Shown: in pieces, positions 1-13,510 of the stretch
Layout of the letters: each line of letters begins with the position of its first letter
Position numbering within the stretch: position 1 is the stretch's first letter
Origin: Eledone cirrhosa
Lineage: Eukaryota
Assembly (NCBI GenBank): GCA_964016885.1
Contig: CAXHJY010001421.1
Location: forward strand, 29,260-93,259
DNA length: 64,000 nucleotides
Direction of reading: 5' to 3'
The notes under the pieces: model-generated
Told to the model about the DNA's origin: nothing
What the model saw: only the letters and a program-made list of their open reading frames with translations
Database searches by the model: none
Program-made: the position numbers and the translations under genes

Positions 1-960
1 TGTCTGTGACTGTGTGTATCTGTCTGTGACTGTGTGTGTCTGTCTGTGACTGAGTGTATCTGTCTGTGACTGAGTGTATCTGTCTGTGACTGTGTGTGTC
101 TGTCTGTGACTGAGTGTATCTGTCTGTGACTCTGTGTGTCTGTCTGTGACTGAGTGTATCTGTCTGTGACTAGGTGTATCTGTCTGTGACTGTGTGTGTC
201 TGTCTGTGACTGAGTGTATCTGTCTGTGACTGTGTGTATCTGTCTGTGACTGTGTGTGTCTGTCTGTGACTGAGTGTATCTGTCTGTGACTGAGTGTATC
301 TGTCTGTGACTGTGTGTGTCTGTCTGTGACTGTGTGTGTCTGTCTGTGACTGAGTGTATCTGTCTGTGACTCTGTGTGTCTGTCTGTGACTGAGTGTATC
401 TGTCTGTGTCTGTCTGTGACTGTGTGTGTCTGTGTGTGTCTGTGTGTGTCTGTCTGTGACTGAGTGTATCTGTCTGTGACTGTGTGTGTCTGTCTGTGAT
501 TGTGTGTGTCTGTCTGTGACTGAGTGTATCTGTCTGTGACTCTGTGTGTCTGTCTGTGACTGAGTGTATCTGTCTGTGTCTGTCTGTGACTGTGTGTGTC
601 TGTGTGTGTCTGTGTGTGTCTGTCTGTGACTGAGTGTATCTGTCTGTGACTGTGTGTGTCTGTCTGTGACTGTGTGTGTCTGTCTGTGACTGAGTGTATC
701 TGTCTGTGACTCTGTGTATCTGTCTGTGACTGAGTGTATCTGTCTGTGACTTGTGTGTCTGTCTGTGACTGCGTGTGTCGGTCTGTGACTGAGTGTATCT
801 GTCTGTGACTGTATGTCTGTCTGTGACTGTGTCTGTCTGTGACTGTGTGTTTCTGTATGACTGTGTGTGTGTCTGTCTGTGAATGAGTGAGTGTCTGTGT
901 GTCTGTGTATGTCTGTATGTGTTTGTGTGTGTCTGTGTGTGACTGAGTGTCTATGTGTGA
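1..960. repeat. 10/20-bp TG-rich satellite (tgtctgtgac-tgagtgtatc)
   Basis: Dozens of near-identical tandem units, decaying into TG-rich sequence after about 800. Confidence 0.95.
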
Positions 961-1451
961 AAGTGTGTGTTTATGTGTGACTGCATGTCTGTGTGTGACT
1001 GTGATAGTGACTTTGTATTCTGGGCTATAAGAGGGCTTATTTTCTCAACAAATATGGTGAGGTAGGGGGGGCAAGAAAATGCATCCCATTGTCATCATTA
1101 CCAACATTATCATCACCACCACCACCACCATTGTTGATTTCTATTGTTGTTGTTCTTTGTTTTGTTGTCGTTGTTGTTGACCTTTCTTTCTTTTTTTTTC
1201 TAGTCATTGCATTTATTCATGCAATGATTAAATATTTAGAAAGAGAGAATCATGAGCCTCAACAAAGCTAAATTACTTTTTTAACTGATGCTTGTTATAA
1301 TGCTAATTGTATGCATACACTTCATTAATTATTTAAATCTAATTAAGACAGACAGATGAGTTGCTGCCATGTAATCTATGTTCACACATTAATGAGGTTC
1401 AGGTGGTAAGCCTTGAACCAGAGAGGATGGAGTTGAGTTTTTTTTCATTTC

Positions 1452-1543
<92 letters not shown>

Positions 1544-1544
1544 G

Positions 1545-1619
<75 letters not shown>

Positions 1620-1722
1620 CAGAGTGTCCACAAAAAATGTATACACACTTTGATTACCTGTACAGGCAATATTTATTAGACTGCTGTTGAAGTGAGTATA
1701 CTCTTTTGGTGGGGAAACCTGT
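1620..1722. mobile_element. ~100-bp Tc1/mariner-type MITE
   Basis: Imperfect TIRs CAGAGTGTCC.../...GGAAACCTG flanked by TA; related copies at 30805-30905 and partial 51510-51581. Confidence 0.7.
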
Positions 1723-1745
1723 ATATATATATATATATATATATA

Positions 1746-2281
1746 TCGTCATCATCATCATCATTTTTACATCCACTTTTCCATGCTTGTATGAGTTGGA
1801 TAAGTCCTTCTCAGCACGGCATCTCTCCATTTGTCGCGTTCCTTCATCATCTTCTTTGCCAGTCTTAATGATTTAAGGTCAGCGCTCATAACCTCTGCCC
1901 AGGTCTTTCTTGGTCGTCCTCTACTGTGGCTTCCTACTACTGGGATTTCTTGGTTTTTATTCACCCATCAGTCATTGTCCATGTGCATCACATATTCATA
2001 CCAATGCAGTCTACTTTCCTGCACACCACCCCAGATTCCTCTTAAACTCAGCTTCTCCTTCAGGTCATCCAAGCTCTGCCTTTCTCTCACATTTACATTG
2101 TACATCCAATGAAAGACATTTGCTTCATTTCTCTCCAGTCTATGCATGTCCTCTGCACAGCCCATGTTTCACTACCATGCAGCATTGTGCACTGTACACA
2201 GGCGTCGTACAGCCTTCCTTTTGTATGTAGGGGAAAACCTTTTGTTGTCAGCAGTGGAGGTAGTTCTCTAAACGTCTTCCA
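1746..2281 (-). mobile_element. RTE LINE 3' fragment, frameshifted
   Basis: Minus frames give [38 protein letters not shown] and GRPRKTWAEV, homologous to the 28.9-kb RTE; (ATG)n tail. Confidence 0.9.
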
Positions 2282-2345
2282 ACATATATATGTATATATA
2301 TATATACATATATATATATTCATTTCATTAAAGCTGAATAGTGAG

Positions 2346-2395
2346 TCGTGTTACTCTGAAGTTTCACCTGTTTATAACAGGGTCATCAGACAAGA
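2346..2395 (-). ncRNA. Type I hammerhead ribozyme motif, slightly decayed
   Basis: Minus strand: tcttgt-CTGATGA-c-cctgtt/ata/aacagg-t-GAAA-ct/tcag/ag-TA-acacga. Confidence 0.7.
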
Positions 2396-3864
2396 GAATG
2401 GATATTAAAACTCTACTACAGTACTGAGTACTCCTTTCTCTCAGCCGTCAACCACATAGGATATATATATATATAGATATATAGGTAGGTAGAAAGATAT
2501 ATTGATATAGAAAGGGAATATAGACATCCTAGATGCAGAAAACTGTAAACACAGCCGATTGCTATAAATAATTGCTTAGAAAATTGGGTAAAATACCCCT
2601 ATGAATGGGAAATAGTGGCCAGCACTATGTATGGACATGTAATTCTTTGTTGAGCCATAGCTGAGTTATAGACGTGCTGTTGTTACTTACAAGAGCTATA
2701 GACGTGCTGTTGTTACTTACAAGAGCTATAGACGTGCTGTTGTTACTTACAATACTTTAAACCTAGCTGAGCTATAGATGTGCTGTTGTTCCTTACAATA
2801 CTTTAAACCTAGCTGAGCCATAGATGTGCTGTTGTTACACACAACACTTTAAACCTAGCTGAGCTATAGATGTGCTGTTGTTCCTTACAATACTTTAAAC
2901 CTAGCTGAGCCATAGATGTGCTGTTGTTACATACAATACTTTAAACTTAGCTGAGCTATAGATGTGCTGTTGTTCCTTACAATACTTTAAACCTAGCTGA
3001 GCCATAGATGTGCTGTTGTTACATACAATACTTTAAACCTAGCTGAGCTATAGATGTGCTGTTGTTCCTTACAATACTTTAAACCTAGCTGAGCCATAGA
3101 TGTGCTGTTGTTACACACAACACTTTAAACATAGCTGAGCTATAGATGTGCTGTTGTTCCTTACAATACTTTAAACCTAGCTGAGCCATAGATGTGCTGT
3201 TGTTCCTTACAATACTTTAAACCTAGCTGAGCTATAGATGTGCTGTTTTTCCTTACAATACTTTAAACCTAGCTGAGCTATAGATGTGCTGTTGTTCCTT
3301 ACAATACTTTAAACCTAGCTGAGCCATAGATGTGCTGTTGTTACATACAACACTTTAAACCTAGCTGAGCTATAGATGTGCTGTTGTTCCTTACAATACT
3401 TTAAACCTAGCTGAGCCATAGATGTGCTGTTGTTACATACAATACTTTAAAGCTAGCTGAGCTATAGATGTGCTGTTTTTCCTTACAATACTTTAAACCT
3501 AGCTGAGCTATAGATTTGCTGTTGTTCCTTACAATACTTTAAACCTAGCTGAGCCATAGATGTGCTGTTGTTACATACAACACTTTAAACCTAGCTGAGC
3601 TATAGATGTGCTGTTGTTCCTTACAATACTTTAAACCTAGCTGAGCCATAGATGTGCTGTTGTTACATACAACACTTTAAACCTAGCTGAGCCATAGATG
3701 TGCTGTTGTTCCTTACAATACTTTAAACCTAGCTGAGCCATAGATGTGCTGTCATTACATACAACACTTTTAACCTAGCTAAGCCATAGATATGCCAGCA
3801 TTACAAAGAACACCTTAAACATAGCTGAGCTATAGATATGCTGTTGTTACATACAATACTTTAA

Positions 3865-4079
3865 CCCTTTAGCATTTACTCTATATATACTATTATATTT
3901 TCATGATAAATGCTTTATCTTACATAAATATCTCACATAATATTGAATCTATGAGATTTTGAAAGTATTTATTTTGAGAACAATACCTTAACATCAGTTT
4001 GAGCGACCAGTTACAGCCAGTTTCAACAGAAAAAGGTAGAGAATTCTGGCCGGTTTTGGCCGGTTTGAACATTAAAGAG
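3865..4079. mobile_element. piggyBac-type MITE, copy 1
   Basis: TTAA at 3861-3864 and 4080-4083; TIR CCCTTTAGCATTT / degenerate AACATTAAAGAG. Confidence 0.85.
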
Positions 4080-4221
4080 TTAAACCTAGCTGAGCTGTAG
4101 ATGTGCTGTCATTACATACAACACTTTAAACCTATCTGAGCCATAGATATGTTGTCATTACAAAGAACACATTAAACCTAACTGAGCTGTAGATGTGCTG
4201 TCATTACATACAACACTTTAA

Positions 4222-4442
4222 CCCTTCAGCATGTACATTACTCTATATTTACCATTGTATTTTCATGGTAAAGGCTTTACATCACATAATTATCTCACAC
4301 AATATCGAATCTATGAGATTTTGATATTATTTATTTTGAGAACAATACATTAACATCAGTATGAGTAGCCAGAAACAGCCAGTTTGAACAGAAAGAGATG
4401 AGGGAGTTCTGGTTGGATATGGCCGGTTTAAATGCTAAAGGG
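4222..4442. mobile_element. piggyBac-type MITE, copy 2
   Basis: TTAA at 4218-4221 and 4443-4446; TIR CCCTTCAGCAT / AAATGCTAAAGGG. Confidence 0.85.
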
Positions 4443-5425
4443 TTAAACCTATCTGAGACATAGATGTGTTACTTTTGAAGATGACAGGTTACAATTTGGT
4501 TGCTATATCTAATAAATATATCAATGTGTCCTTGAATTGTTGTGTTAAAACAGTGAAAATGTGTGATTTGAGGGAGATTTGACTGTTGTTGTTAGCATGT
4601 CTATCGACCACATAGAGCCCTGTTGTTGACTTATGAGGCTGTATATACCTACATGAAGTGAGAAACAAATGTCCATTGTTGTTTAGTCTACAGTGAATCA
4701 TTCATGCGTGATTTGTAATGGTTCAACTAACTACACAACATGGACATTGGTGGTGTTGTACATATGGATTGTATGGGAGGACGGACACACACACACATGT
4801 ACACTCACATACACACATGCATACACACACACATTCACACACATACACATAGACACACACATGCACATACAGACATACATGCACACACATACACATGCAC
4901 ACATAAACATAGACTCACACAGAGTTACATATACAGACAGACACAAACAGACACACATACACAGACACATATATGCACACACACACACACACATGCACAC
5001 ACATACATGAACACATGCACACACATACACACACATGCACACAGACATGTACATACAGACACACATTCACATGCACACAGAGACAAACAATCACAGAGAT
5101 ACATTTATACACGGATATAAAGAGAGACACACATACACACCGACAGAGACACACACATACATGCACAAGCACACACAGACACACGTGTGTGTGCTAACAA
5201 CTCTTTTACAAAAATCAACCTTTAGACATTGTATGCAGAAAATACAATGACTTTTGTTCCTACCATTGAAGGGGTTTGTATGTTATTTTATAAATGTATC
5301 TATATGTAGGATATGGGGGGGGGGTGATGATGGTGGGGAGGATGATGATGGTGGTGGTGGTGGTGTTGATGGTGATGATTATTAGATTTTACAAGGTTAC
5401 TTCTGCTTCCTGACCTTCCTCTCCT

Positions 5426-5461
<36 letters not shown>

Positions 5462-5754
5462 ACTTTACCATCCTCAATTATTCATAACCATTCATTGTTG
5501 TTGTTACTGTTGTTGTTATTTAACCCTAGGTCAGCCATGATCCACCAAAACTATCATCAAAGACATTCCTTCTAGCACTATTCTGCCCATTTTTTAAATT
5601 CTTTTTTGTTCAGGCATAATGTATCCTGGACAACACTTTTCTATGTGTCATTTTTTTAAAGAAGGCTATAGGTCATACAGCATGAGGGCAAATTGGCAAC
5701 TACTCCTAGCAGGTCAAATGACCACATTGAGCAGTGTTTCTCAAAGACCCAGGT

Positions 5755-6030
5755 CAGATTTCATCTCTTGCAATACCAGATTTCTTTCCCCCCACCACCA
5801 CCATTTTACCCCTTGCAATATCAAGTTTCCTTACCCCCCCCCCCTCCCACACCACACACACAATTTCACCCCTTGCAATACCAGTTTTTCTTCCCCCACC
5901 CCCCACCCCCTCCACCCCACCATCCCCACCCCTACCATTTCACTCCTTGCAATACCAGGTTTCCTCCTCCCTTCCCCCACTAACCATTTTACCTCTTGCA
6001 ATACCAAGTTTCCTCCACCTCCATCCCACC
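5755..6030. repeat. Tandem repeat of about 55-65 bp with a ttcacyccttgcaatacca core and C-rich spacers
   Basis: Five copies of cttgcaatayca. Confidence 0.8.
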
Positions 6031-6112
6031 CCTGTCCAACCCTGTCCAACCCATGCTAGTCTCAGACAGTACCAAGCAGTCCAGCTCATGCCAGTATGTA
6101 AAAATGGATATA

Positions 6113-6303
6113 TAATTGTTTCTACTTTTGGCACAAGGCCAGCAATTATCTCAGTGTATTACTGGTACTTTATTTTATCGACCCCGTAATGATGAAAGGC
6201 AAAGTTAACCTCCTCGACAGGACTTGAACTCAGACTGTAAAGGGATGTAACTCTATGCTGCAAAGCATGGTGTCAGACCCTCTACCGATACTGCTAATCC
6301 ACC
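6113..6303 (-). mobile_element. tRNA-derived SINE family A
   Basis: Reverse complement has the head GGTGGATTAGCAGTATCGGTAGAGG and a B-box-like GAGTTCAAGTCC; many copies in the window. Confidence 0.85.
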
Positions 6304-7137
6304 AGATATATAATGATAATGACATGTATGTGTATGTAACTGTGTGTGTGAATATAAACAATTAACTTCTTATATGTATTAAAAAGTTCTATAAATACTT
6401 CATATCTTATTCTTGTGGTGATGAATGGCTTAGTAGTTAGAGTGATTAAGTCTTTCAGCAAGACACTTTATTTTACATTACTTCAGGCCACTCAGCTGGC
6501 AAAAATGAGTTATATCTGTAAATTCAAAAAGTCTGTGTCACACTAAATTTCCCTGATAATTATTTTATGAGTGCATATGTTTCTGGAATGCTCAGCCACT
6601 TGCATGCTAATTTTCTAAGTAGTCTGTTCCTTAGCCACATAGTCATTTGTTTTGTCTTATTTTATTTTACCTTTATATGAATTTAATATTCAGGAAGAGC
6701 CGCAGTAGTTATATTGCAAAATATTTGTGTTAAAATTGGTAATTTACCATTTATCTCAGACAGAATGACACAATGCTAACAGCTGTTACTTACCATAAGG
6801 TTTTATATGAAAGAAATTACTGATTTCAATAGCTTCTTTGACAGAATTATTAAAGTAAAAATACAGCTTAAGGGCATTTTAAAACACCACACTCATTTTT
6901 ATATATTTTATTATTCTTACATTTTTCAGATATGATATTTTAAGATTTTTACACAGTGAAAGTATAAAAACAGCATCAATATTTAATTATATTTGATGCT
7001 GGTTCAAACATAAGTATATTGAATTATACATGAAGAATGTTTCTTTTGATCTCGGTTCAAATGTGGTACCTTGATCAAACCAATATATTAGATTAACATT
7101 ATGTTTTGGATCTTGGCTCAGCTATTCAAATAAATGT

Positions 7138-7396
7138 TTAACTCTTTTGTTATAATTATTTTAATGAAAGACACGGTCTATGATTCTCAAATAATTTTTT
7201 TAATAATCAAGAATTTCGAGGGATAATGTAATATAACTAACTTTGTCCATCATTTATTTGCTATTTGGAATATAACAAATATTCTTACATAAAATTATGA
7301 TGGAAAGTTTTTAGATGAATATAAACATTTTAAAACAAACAGTTTTGTAAAATAAAATCAAGGATGGTTTCAGGGAGTTTGGTATGAAAAAAGTTT
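7138..7396. mobile_element. Degenerate second TTAA-type MITE
   Basis: Starts TTAACTCTTTTGTTATA and ends GGTATGAAAAAAGTTT; internal segment recurs at about 46981-47105. Confidence 0.5.
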
Positions 7397-7494
7397 ATAT
7401 ATATAAACACTTTAAAACAAACAGTTTAGTATCAAAAAGCCAAAGGCTGTTTCAGGGAATTTGCTATCAAAAGCATATATTGAAAAATTAATTA

Positions 7495-7822
7495 ATGTAG
7501 ATCCTAAACTTTGAGTCACATATGATTTGTAAGATAAATCTAAACTTTAGCTCAAATATGATTTGTAACATAAGTTTAAACCTCAGTTCAAATATAATTT
7601 GTAAGATACATATAAACCTTGATTTGTAAGATAAATTTAAACCTTGTCTCAAATATGATTTGTAAGATAAATCTAAACCTCGACTCAAATATGATTTGTA
7701 TGATACATCTAAACCTTGACTTAAGTATGATTTTTAAGATACATCTAAACCTCAGCTCAAATATGATTTATAATATCAATCTAAACCTTGTCTCAAATAT
7801 GATTAGTAAGATCAATCTTAAT
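7495..7822. repeat. 36-bp minisatellite (aaatatgatttgtaagataaatctaaacctyrwctc)
   Basis: About 9 tandem copies. Confidence 0.9.
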
Positions 7823-8504
7823 ACTTCATCACAGAGCTCTTTCATAAGATGCTTGCTCAGACATCATACCAATGGTAATTTCTATATTTGTCACTGTTGA
7901 TGTGGTTGTTGCTTAGCTCCATGTAAACACTGATATTATAGCCTTGCAACCAAAGGTGTTTCACTTATCACAAATTCCATATGTGCATGAATATCTAGGA
8001 CTACATAATTTAATGTGCTCTATCCTCAGTAAAGTGAGATTTGAAGAAGATATTATTTCTACTTCTAGCTGGTAGAGCACCCACATTGAGTCTGTTTTGC
8101 TTAATTTCTTTGTGATTAGAAGTAGTATCCCTTTATGAGTAACATGTTCTATTTATCTCAGAAGAGAAAAGAGGAGTTGTGAAGTCCATGATTCTCCAAA
8201 GAACACTAGTGATGTAACTGGAAGTGATGGGAGCTGAAGGTGGTGGTGATGATGGCGATGGCGGTGGTGGTAGTTCTGGCGGTGGTGGTGGTGGTGGCGG
8301 CAGTGGCGGTGATGGTGGTGCTGGTGGTGGTGGTAGCAGAGGTGGCGACAACTGCTGCTACTACTGTGGTGGTGAAGAAAGAAGTGATAGAGTGAGTGAA
8401 ATCTATATGTTTCCATCTCATTATTTCAATCTGCCAATCCCCCCCCCCCACACACACAGGCTGCTCTGTTTGAGTATATATACATTTGTATATATATATA
8501 CATC

Positions 8505-8596
<92 letters not shown>

Positions 8597-8632
8597 TATA
8601 TGTGTGTGTGGGGGTGTATATAGATATATATG

Positions 8633-8685
<53 letters not shown>

Positions 8686-9108
8686 TATGTGTATTTTTCT
8701 CTCATTACAGCTAATTTATGACACCCATGTGAACTCTAAATCACTGGTTCCACAAAGATAACTTTTATATACATTTATGAATTTTTATATGTGTGTGTGT
8801 GTGTGTGTACATACATAATTATATGTGTGTAAATAAATATATATATGCATACACACAGACACAGATAAACTTGAATGGAATAGATGTAATCCATTTTTCT
8901 ATTTAAATTATGTGTAAATGTGTGTGTGCGTGTGTGTGTTTGGTGAGCATGTATATAAGTGTTTATATATATATATATATATTCATACTCCCACACACTT
9001 ATATGTGCCCCAATGCACACACACATATACACATATGATACTGAAGGCATGAATATATATATATACATACATATATATATATACCACTACATACATATAT
9101 ATATATGA

Positions 9109-9242
<134 letters not shown>

Positions 9243-9265
9243 AAATATATATATATATATATATG

Positions 9266-9319
<54 letters not shown>

Positions 9320-9324
9320 TTATA

Positions 9325-9401
<77 letters not shown>

Positions 9402-9696
9402 CACACTCATACACCCACATGTACACGTACACCTATATAAATTATACTGAAGACATGAATGTATTCAAGTTTATTTATTTTTATATTTTCCTTAAACTTT
9501 TCTCATATTTCCTTATTCCTTTATGTATAGTTTGGAGAAGGCAGTAAATTGCCAAAGTCATTACAGAGTCAGATTAAAATGCTTCTGTATTTCTTGATCC
9601 ACGCTGTGCACTCCCAGATCAAATCCTGCCAAGATCATCTGTATCCTTCATAACCCAGTAATAGTGTTAATTCTCTCTCTCTTTCTCTCTCTCTCT

Positions 9697-9738
<42 letters not shown>

Positions 9739-9739
9739 G

Positions 9740-9814
<75 letters not shown>

Positions 9815-9860
9815 GTCTCTTTTTTCTGTCTCTCTCTCTTTTTCTATCACTCTGTCTCTC

Positions 9861-9945
<85 letters not shown>

Positions 9946-9991
9946 GTCTCTTTTTTCTGTCTCTCTCTCTTTTTCTATCACTCTGTCTCTC

Positions 9992-10093
<102 letters not shown>

Positions 10094-10809
10094 CTCTCTC
10101 TCTCTCTCGCTCTCCAGAAATCAACTACATTCAGATTTGAAGAGAAATGGATTTTATCTGTTTAAATACTTAAGACCCACCTTTTCCTTTCCTATATTTT
10201 GAAATTATATTGTTTCAAGACTTTCTTCAGGAAATTCTGACATTTTGTTGCATCTTACTGTTGGCAACAAGGTATTATCAAAAGAATGTCCAAAATCATC
10301 ATCATCCCTAAATTTAATATTTTTTTTATAGTTAACTCCTAGTTACTTTCATAATTTATTTGACCTGAGCTATATGGGTTTGTTTGTCTTTTGTTTTGTT
10401 TTCACCATCATCATCACCATTTTACATTTGGTTTTCATGCTGGCATGGGTTGGTTGGGCCCTCACATTGTGAGACTAAAAAGATCAGTTGATCACATCTT
10501 GCTCATATGTTTCATTTTTACATGGTTTCTATGCTAAATGCCTTTCCTAAAGCCAATCAGATTACAGCGTGTACTGGGAGCATTTTATTGTGGCACCAAC
10601 ACTACCTCTTTCAAGAGTGGCCTGGGTGCATTTTATCACTAGCAGTACCTCTTAACAGAGTGTATACATGTATATATATATATATATCTATATGAGTGAG
10701 ACACGGTCACCCAACCAACCGTGCCTCAAATTGGGACAACTCCCGTCTAACCCATGCTAGCGTGGAAGATGGACATTAAACGATGATGATGATGATATAT
10801 ATATATATA

Positions 10810-11179
10810 CGTAGTTGTCCCCCAGTATTCATGGTGTTTATGCACCCGCGAAGAGGGAAAAACCGCAAATATTGAATGTGGTCCATAAAAATGTCTATGA
10901 ACATCAAAATATAACATAAAATATAATAAAAAAGAGGGAGCATCTTATACAAAGAAGCATCCAATAGGCTGGCAAATACAATATATTGTTATTAATAATT
11001 TAGCGTTTAAAAAATATATATTGCCACAAAAAAGCCATTAAAAAATCACGGAAGATATTTACAATTCCGCAAATATGCGGTGGTTTCCACAAACAATTAT
11101 TAGTTAGGTTCTAAGGAAAATTCCGCGAATAACCAAAACCGCGAATGTCAGGACTGCAAATGCCGGCGGGGTATACTGT
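10810..11179. mobile_element. pogo/Tigger-like MITE
   Basis: Ends resemble AGTTGTCCCCC / GGGGTATACTG in (TA)n; internal subterminal ccgcgaa repeats. Confidence 0.55.
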
Positions 11180-11214
11180 GTATATATATATATATATATG
11201 TTGTATTATAATGA

Positions 11215-11250
<36 letters not shown>

Positions 11251-11499
11251 TCATTATAATACAACATGCTCATTCACATGACAACCAATTTGTGTATCCA
11301 GGAAATGGTAAAACACAAAAGTAAGGAAGGAAAAGAAGAGTTATTTGCATAGTTTTCTCACTTCCTCTTCACACGTGTGTGTCAGCATATCAATGTGCTG
11401 TGATGGCTATTAAACATTAGATGTTAGTTTTTGCTGTCATCATCATCATCATCATCGTCATCATTTTAAATATACATATATATATATAAATGTATGAAT

Positions 11500-11543
<44 letters not shown>

Positions 11544-11545
<2 letters not shown>

Positions 11546-11893
11546 GGAGGGACATGGCTTAGTGGTTAGAGCATTGGCCTTGCAATCAGAAGATTGTGAG
11601 TTCAATTCTCAGACCGGGTGATGTGTTGTTTCCTTGAGCAAGACACTTTATTTCACATTGCTCCAGTTTACTCAGCTGTAGAAATGAGATGATAGGGACT
11701 GGGGTCCCTATCATTCCACTGCAAAGTGGTCGTGGAGGTGCCACGGCAAAAAAGCACCCAGCACTCACTGTAAATGAGGTTGGTGTTAGGAAGGGCATCC
11801 AGCTGTAGAAATCAAGCCAGAATCAGTTCCCGTCCCACCCTTGCAAGCAGGAAAAAAGCGGATGTAAAATGATGATGATGATGATGATGATGA
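11544..11893 (+). mobile_element. tRNA-derived SINE family B with RTE-type 3' tail
   Basis: A box TGGCTTAGTGG, B box GTTCAATTC, core TCCTTGAGCAAGACACTT, tail GGAAGGGCATCCAGC...CTTGCAAGC...(ATG)n. Confidence 0.9.
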
Positions 11894-12298
11894 TATACAC
11901 ACACATATAAGTATTTACATATATATATATATATATACACACACACATATAAGTATCTATACAATACCATTGAAGAAAACAAACCACAACACTGATATAT
12001 TTATCTATCTGACTCTCTATCTACCCAATTCTCTATCTATCCATCTATCTGTCTGTCTATGGTTTTATTTCTCTATTTATCTATCTTTCTATCAGCCTAC
12101 ATATCTATCTATTTCTCTGAATCTATAGGTATGTCATTCTATCAATCTATCTATATATATATATGCATCTTGTATTCTGAGTTTTTCGAATATTAATAAT
12201 AATATTCAATTTGTTTGCAATTGCAAACAACCTCTTTTTTAAAGCCATGTCAGTAGAATGAGCCCCCCCATTCTTGCTATTGTGTTAACATGGAAAAA

Positions 12299-12348
12299 GA
12301 ACTGCAGAGACTAAGGTTTCTGGGTATAACCCTTCATCAGTACAGTTC
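12299..12348 (-). ncRNA. Type I hammerhead ribozyme motif
   Basis: Minus strand: gaactgta-CTGATGA-a-gggt/tat/accc-a-GAAA-c/ctta/g-TC-tc-tgcagttc. Confidence 0.7.
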
Positions 12349-12421
12349 ACTGTTCACCTGCCAACTGTCAGAGCTAGTGAAAATATATATTTCCTAAAAT
12401 ATACACTGACTGATCGGCCTG

Positions 12422-12495
12422 ATTTGCATATTAGCAGACTAGCTGATCATTCAGATCTGCATATTAGCAGATCCACTGATCAGCCAGATTTGCAT
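12422..12495 (-). promoter_or_regulatory. Three octamer (ATGCAAAT) motifs at a 33-bp period
   Basis: ATTTGCAT 12422-12429, ATCTGCAT 12455-12462, ATTTGCAT 12488-12495. Confidence 0.5.
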
Positions 12496-12577
12496 ATCAG
12501 CAGACTGGCCAGTCAGTTTCCTGTATACAAGCGATTAATGGCCAGCTTTGCCATATTAAAAAAAAAAAAAAAAATGT

Positions 12578-12657
12578 AATTATTTCCTTACCGAAGGTTT
12601 CGAGAAACTAAATGATTCTTGCAGAAACATCTAGCTGGTTCATCAGGCAAAACAATT
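12578..12657 (-). ncRNA. Degenerate hammerhead motif with a long stem II region
   Basis: Minus strand: aattgttttgc-CTGATGA-...-GAAA-cc/ttc/gg-TA-aggaaataatt. Confidence 0.5.
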
Positions 12658-12661
12658 ATAT

Positions 12662-13010
12662 ATGTAGGTGTCACGATTACAAGTACCCAGCGCACACTGT
12701 AAAGTGGTCATGTAGGAGACACAGCAAAAAGCACCCAGCGCACACTGTAAAGTGGTCATGTAGGAGACACAGCAAAAAGCACCCAGCCCACACTGTAAAG
12801 TGGTCATGTAGGAGACACAGCAAAAACCACCCAGCACACAGTGTAAATGTGGTTGGCATTAGGAAGGGCATCGACCTGTAGAAATCTAACCAGAAATAGT
12901 CCTATATGATGAAGACAGGATCACCTGACCCAACTTGTCTCTAATGGGACAAACCTGTCTAACCCATGCTAGCATGGAAAATAAACGTTAAACGATGATG
13001 ATGATGATGA
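12662..13010 (+). mobile_element. RTE 3' UTR fragment with a 48-bp internal tandem repeat
   Basis: About 3.5 copies of gcacccagcgcacactgtaaagtggtcatgtaggagacacagcaaaaa, then GGAAGGGCATC...AAACGATGATG tail. Confidence 0.8.
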
Positions 13011-13472
13011 TCCATCTATCTATTTATCCACCTAATTATCCATCTTTCTATCTGTACACCTACCTATCTATCTCTTTATCCAGCTAACTATCAATATAAT
13101 CTAACTAACCTACCTATCTGTCTATCATATCTGTCTATCAACTGGTATATCAGTCATTTTGACTGTCTATCTATAGCAATCTATTTACCAATGTAACTAT
13201 CTTCAGACATGAACAACGATAACAACAACATCAATATGCAATGAATCCCAATATCTGTCTAAAAATAGACAGATACATAGGTAGAACAAAGTAATTGTAA
13301 TTCAATAGATATATGTTTGATAATGACTATGGAAAATATAGGAAAGAAATATTGTAATTGATATAAATGAATCTAAAAAGGAAATTCAAACATTCAAGGA
13401 TCTTTACAGAGATATTAAATTATTAAATATATTCTTGCTATAAACACTGTCATTTTTGACTGATACTATGTT

Positions 13473-13510
<38 letters not shown>

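Larger units (their letters stand above)
2655..4465. repeat. 46-bp minisatellite (acctagctgagctatagatgtgctgttgttccttacaatactttaa) interrupted by two MITEs
   Basis: More than 20 tandem copies over 2761-3860, with further units between and after the insertions. Confidence 0.95.

Noticed and set aside
8224-8679. Gly-rich ORF
   Set aside because: GGT/GGC microsatellite running into (TA)n and (GA)n
10200-10240. Minus-strand CTGAAGA..GAAA hammerhead-like string
   Set aside because: No credible stem I or stem III
11544-11615. tRNA gene
   Set aside because: A/B boxes present but it continues into a multi-copy SINE body with no proper acceptor stem
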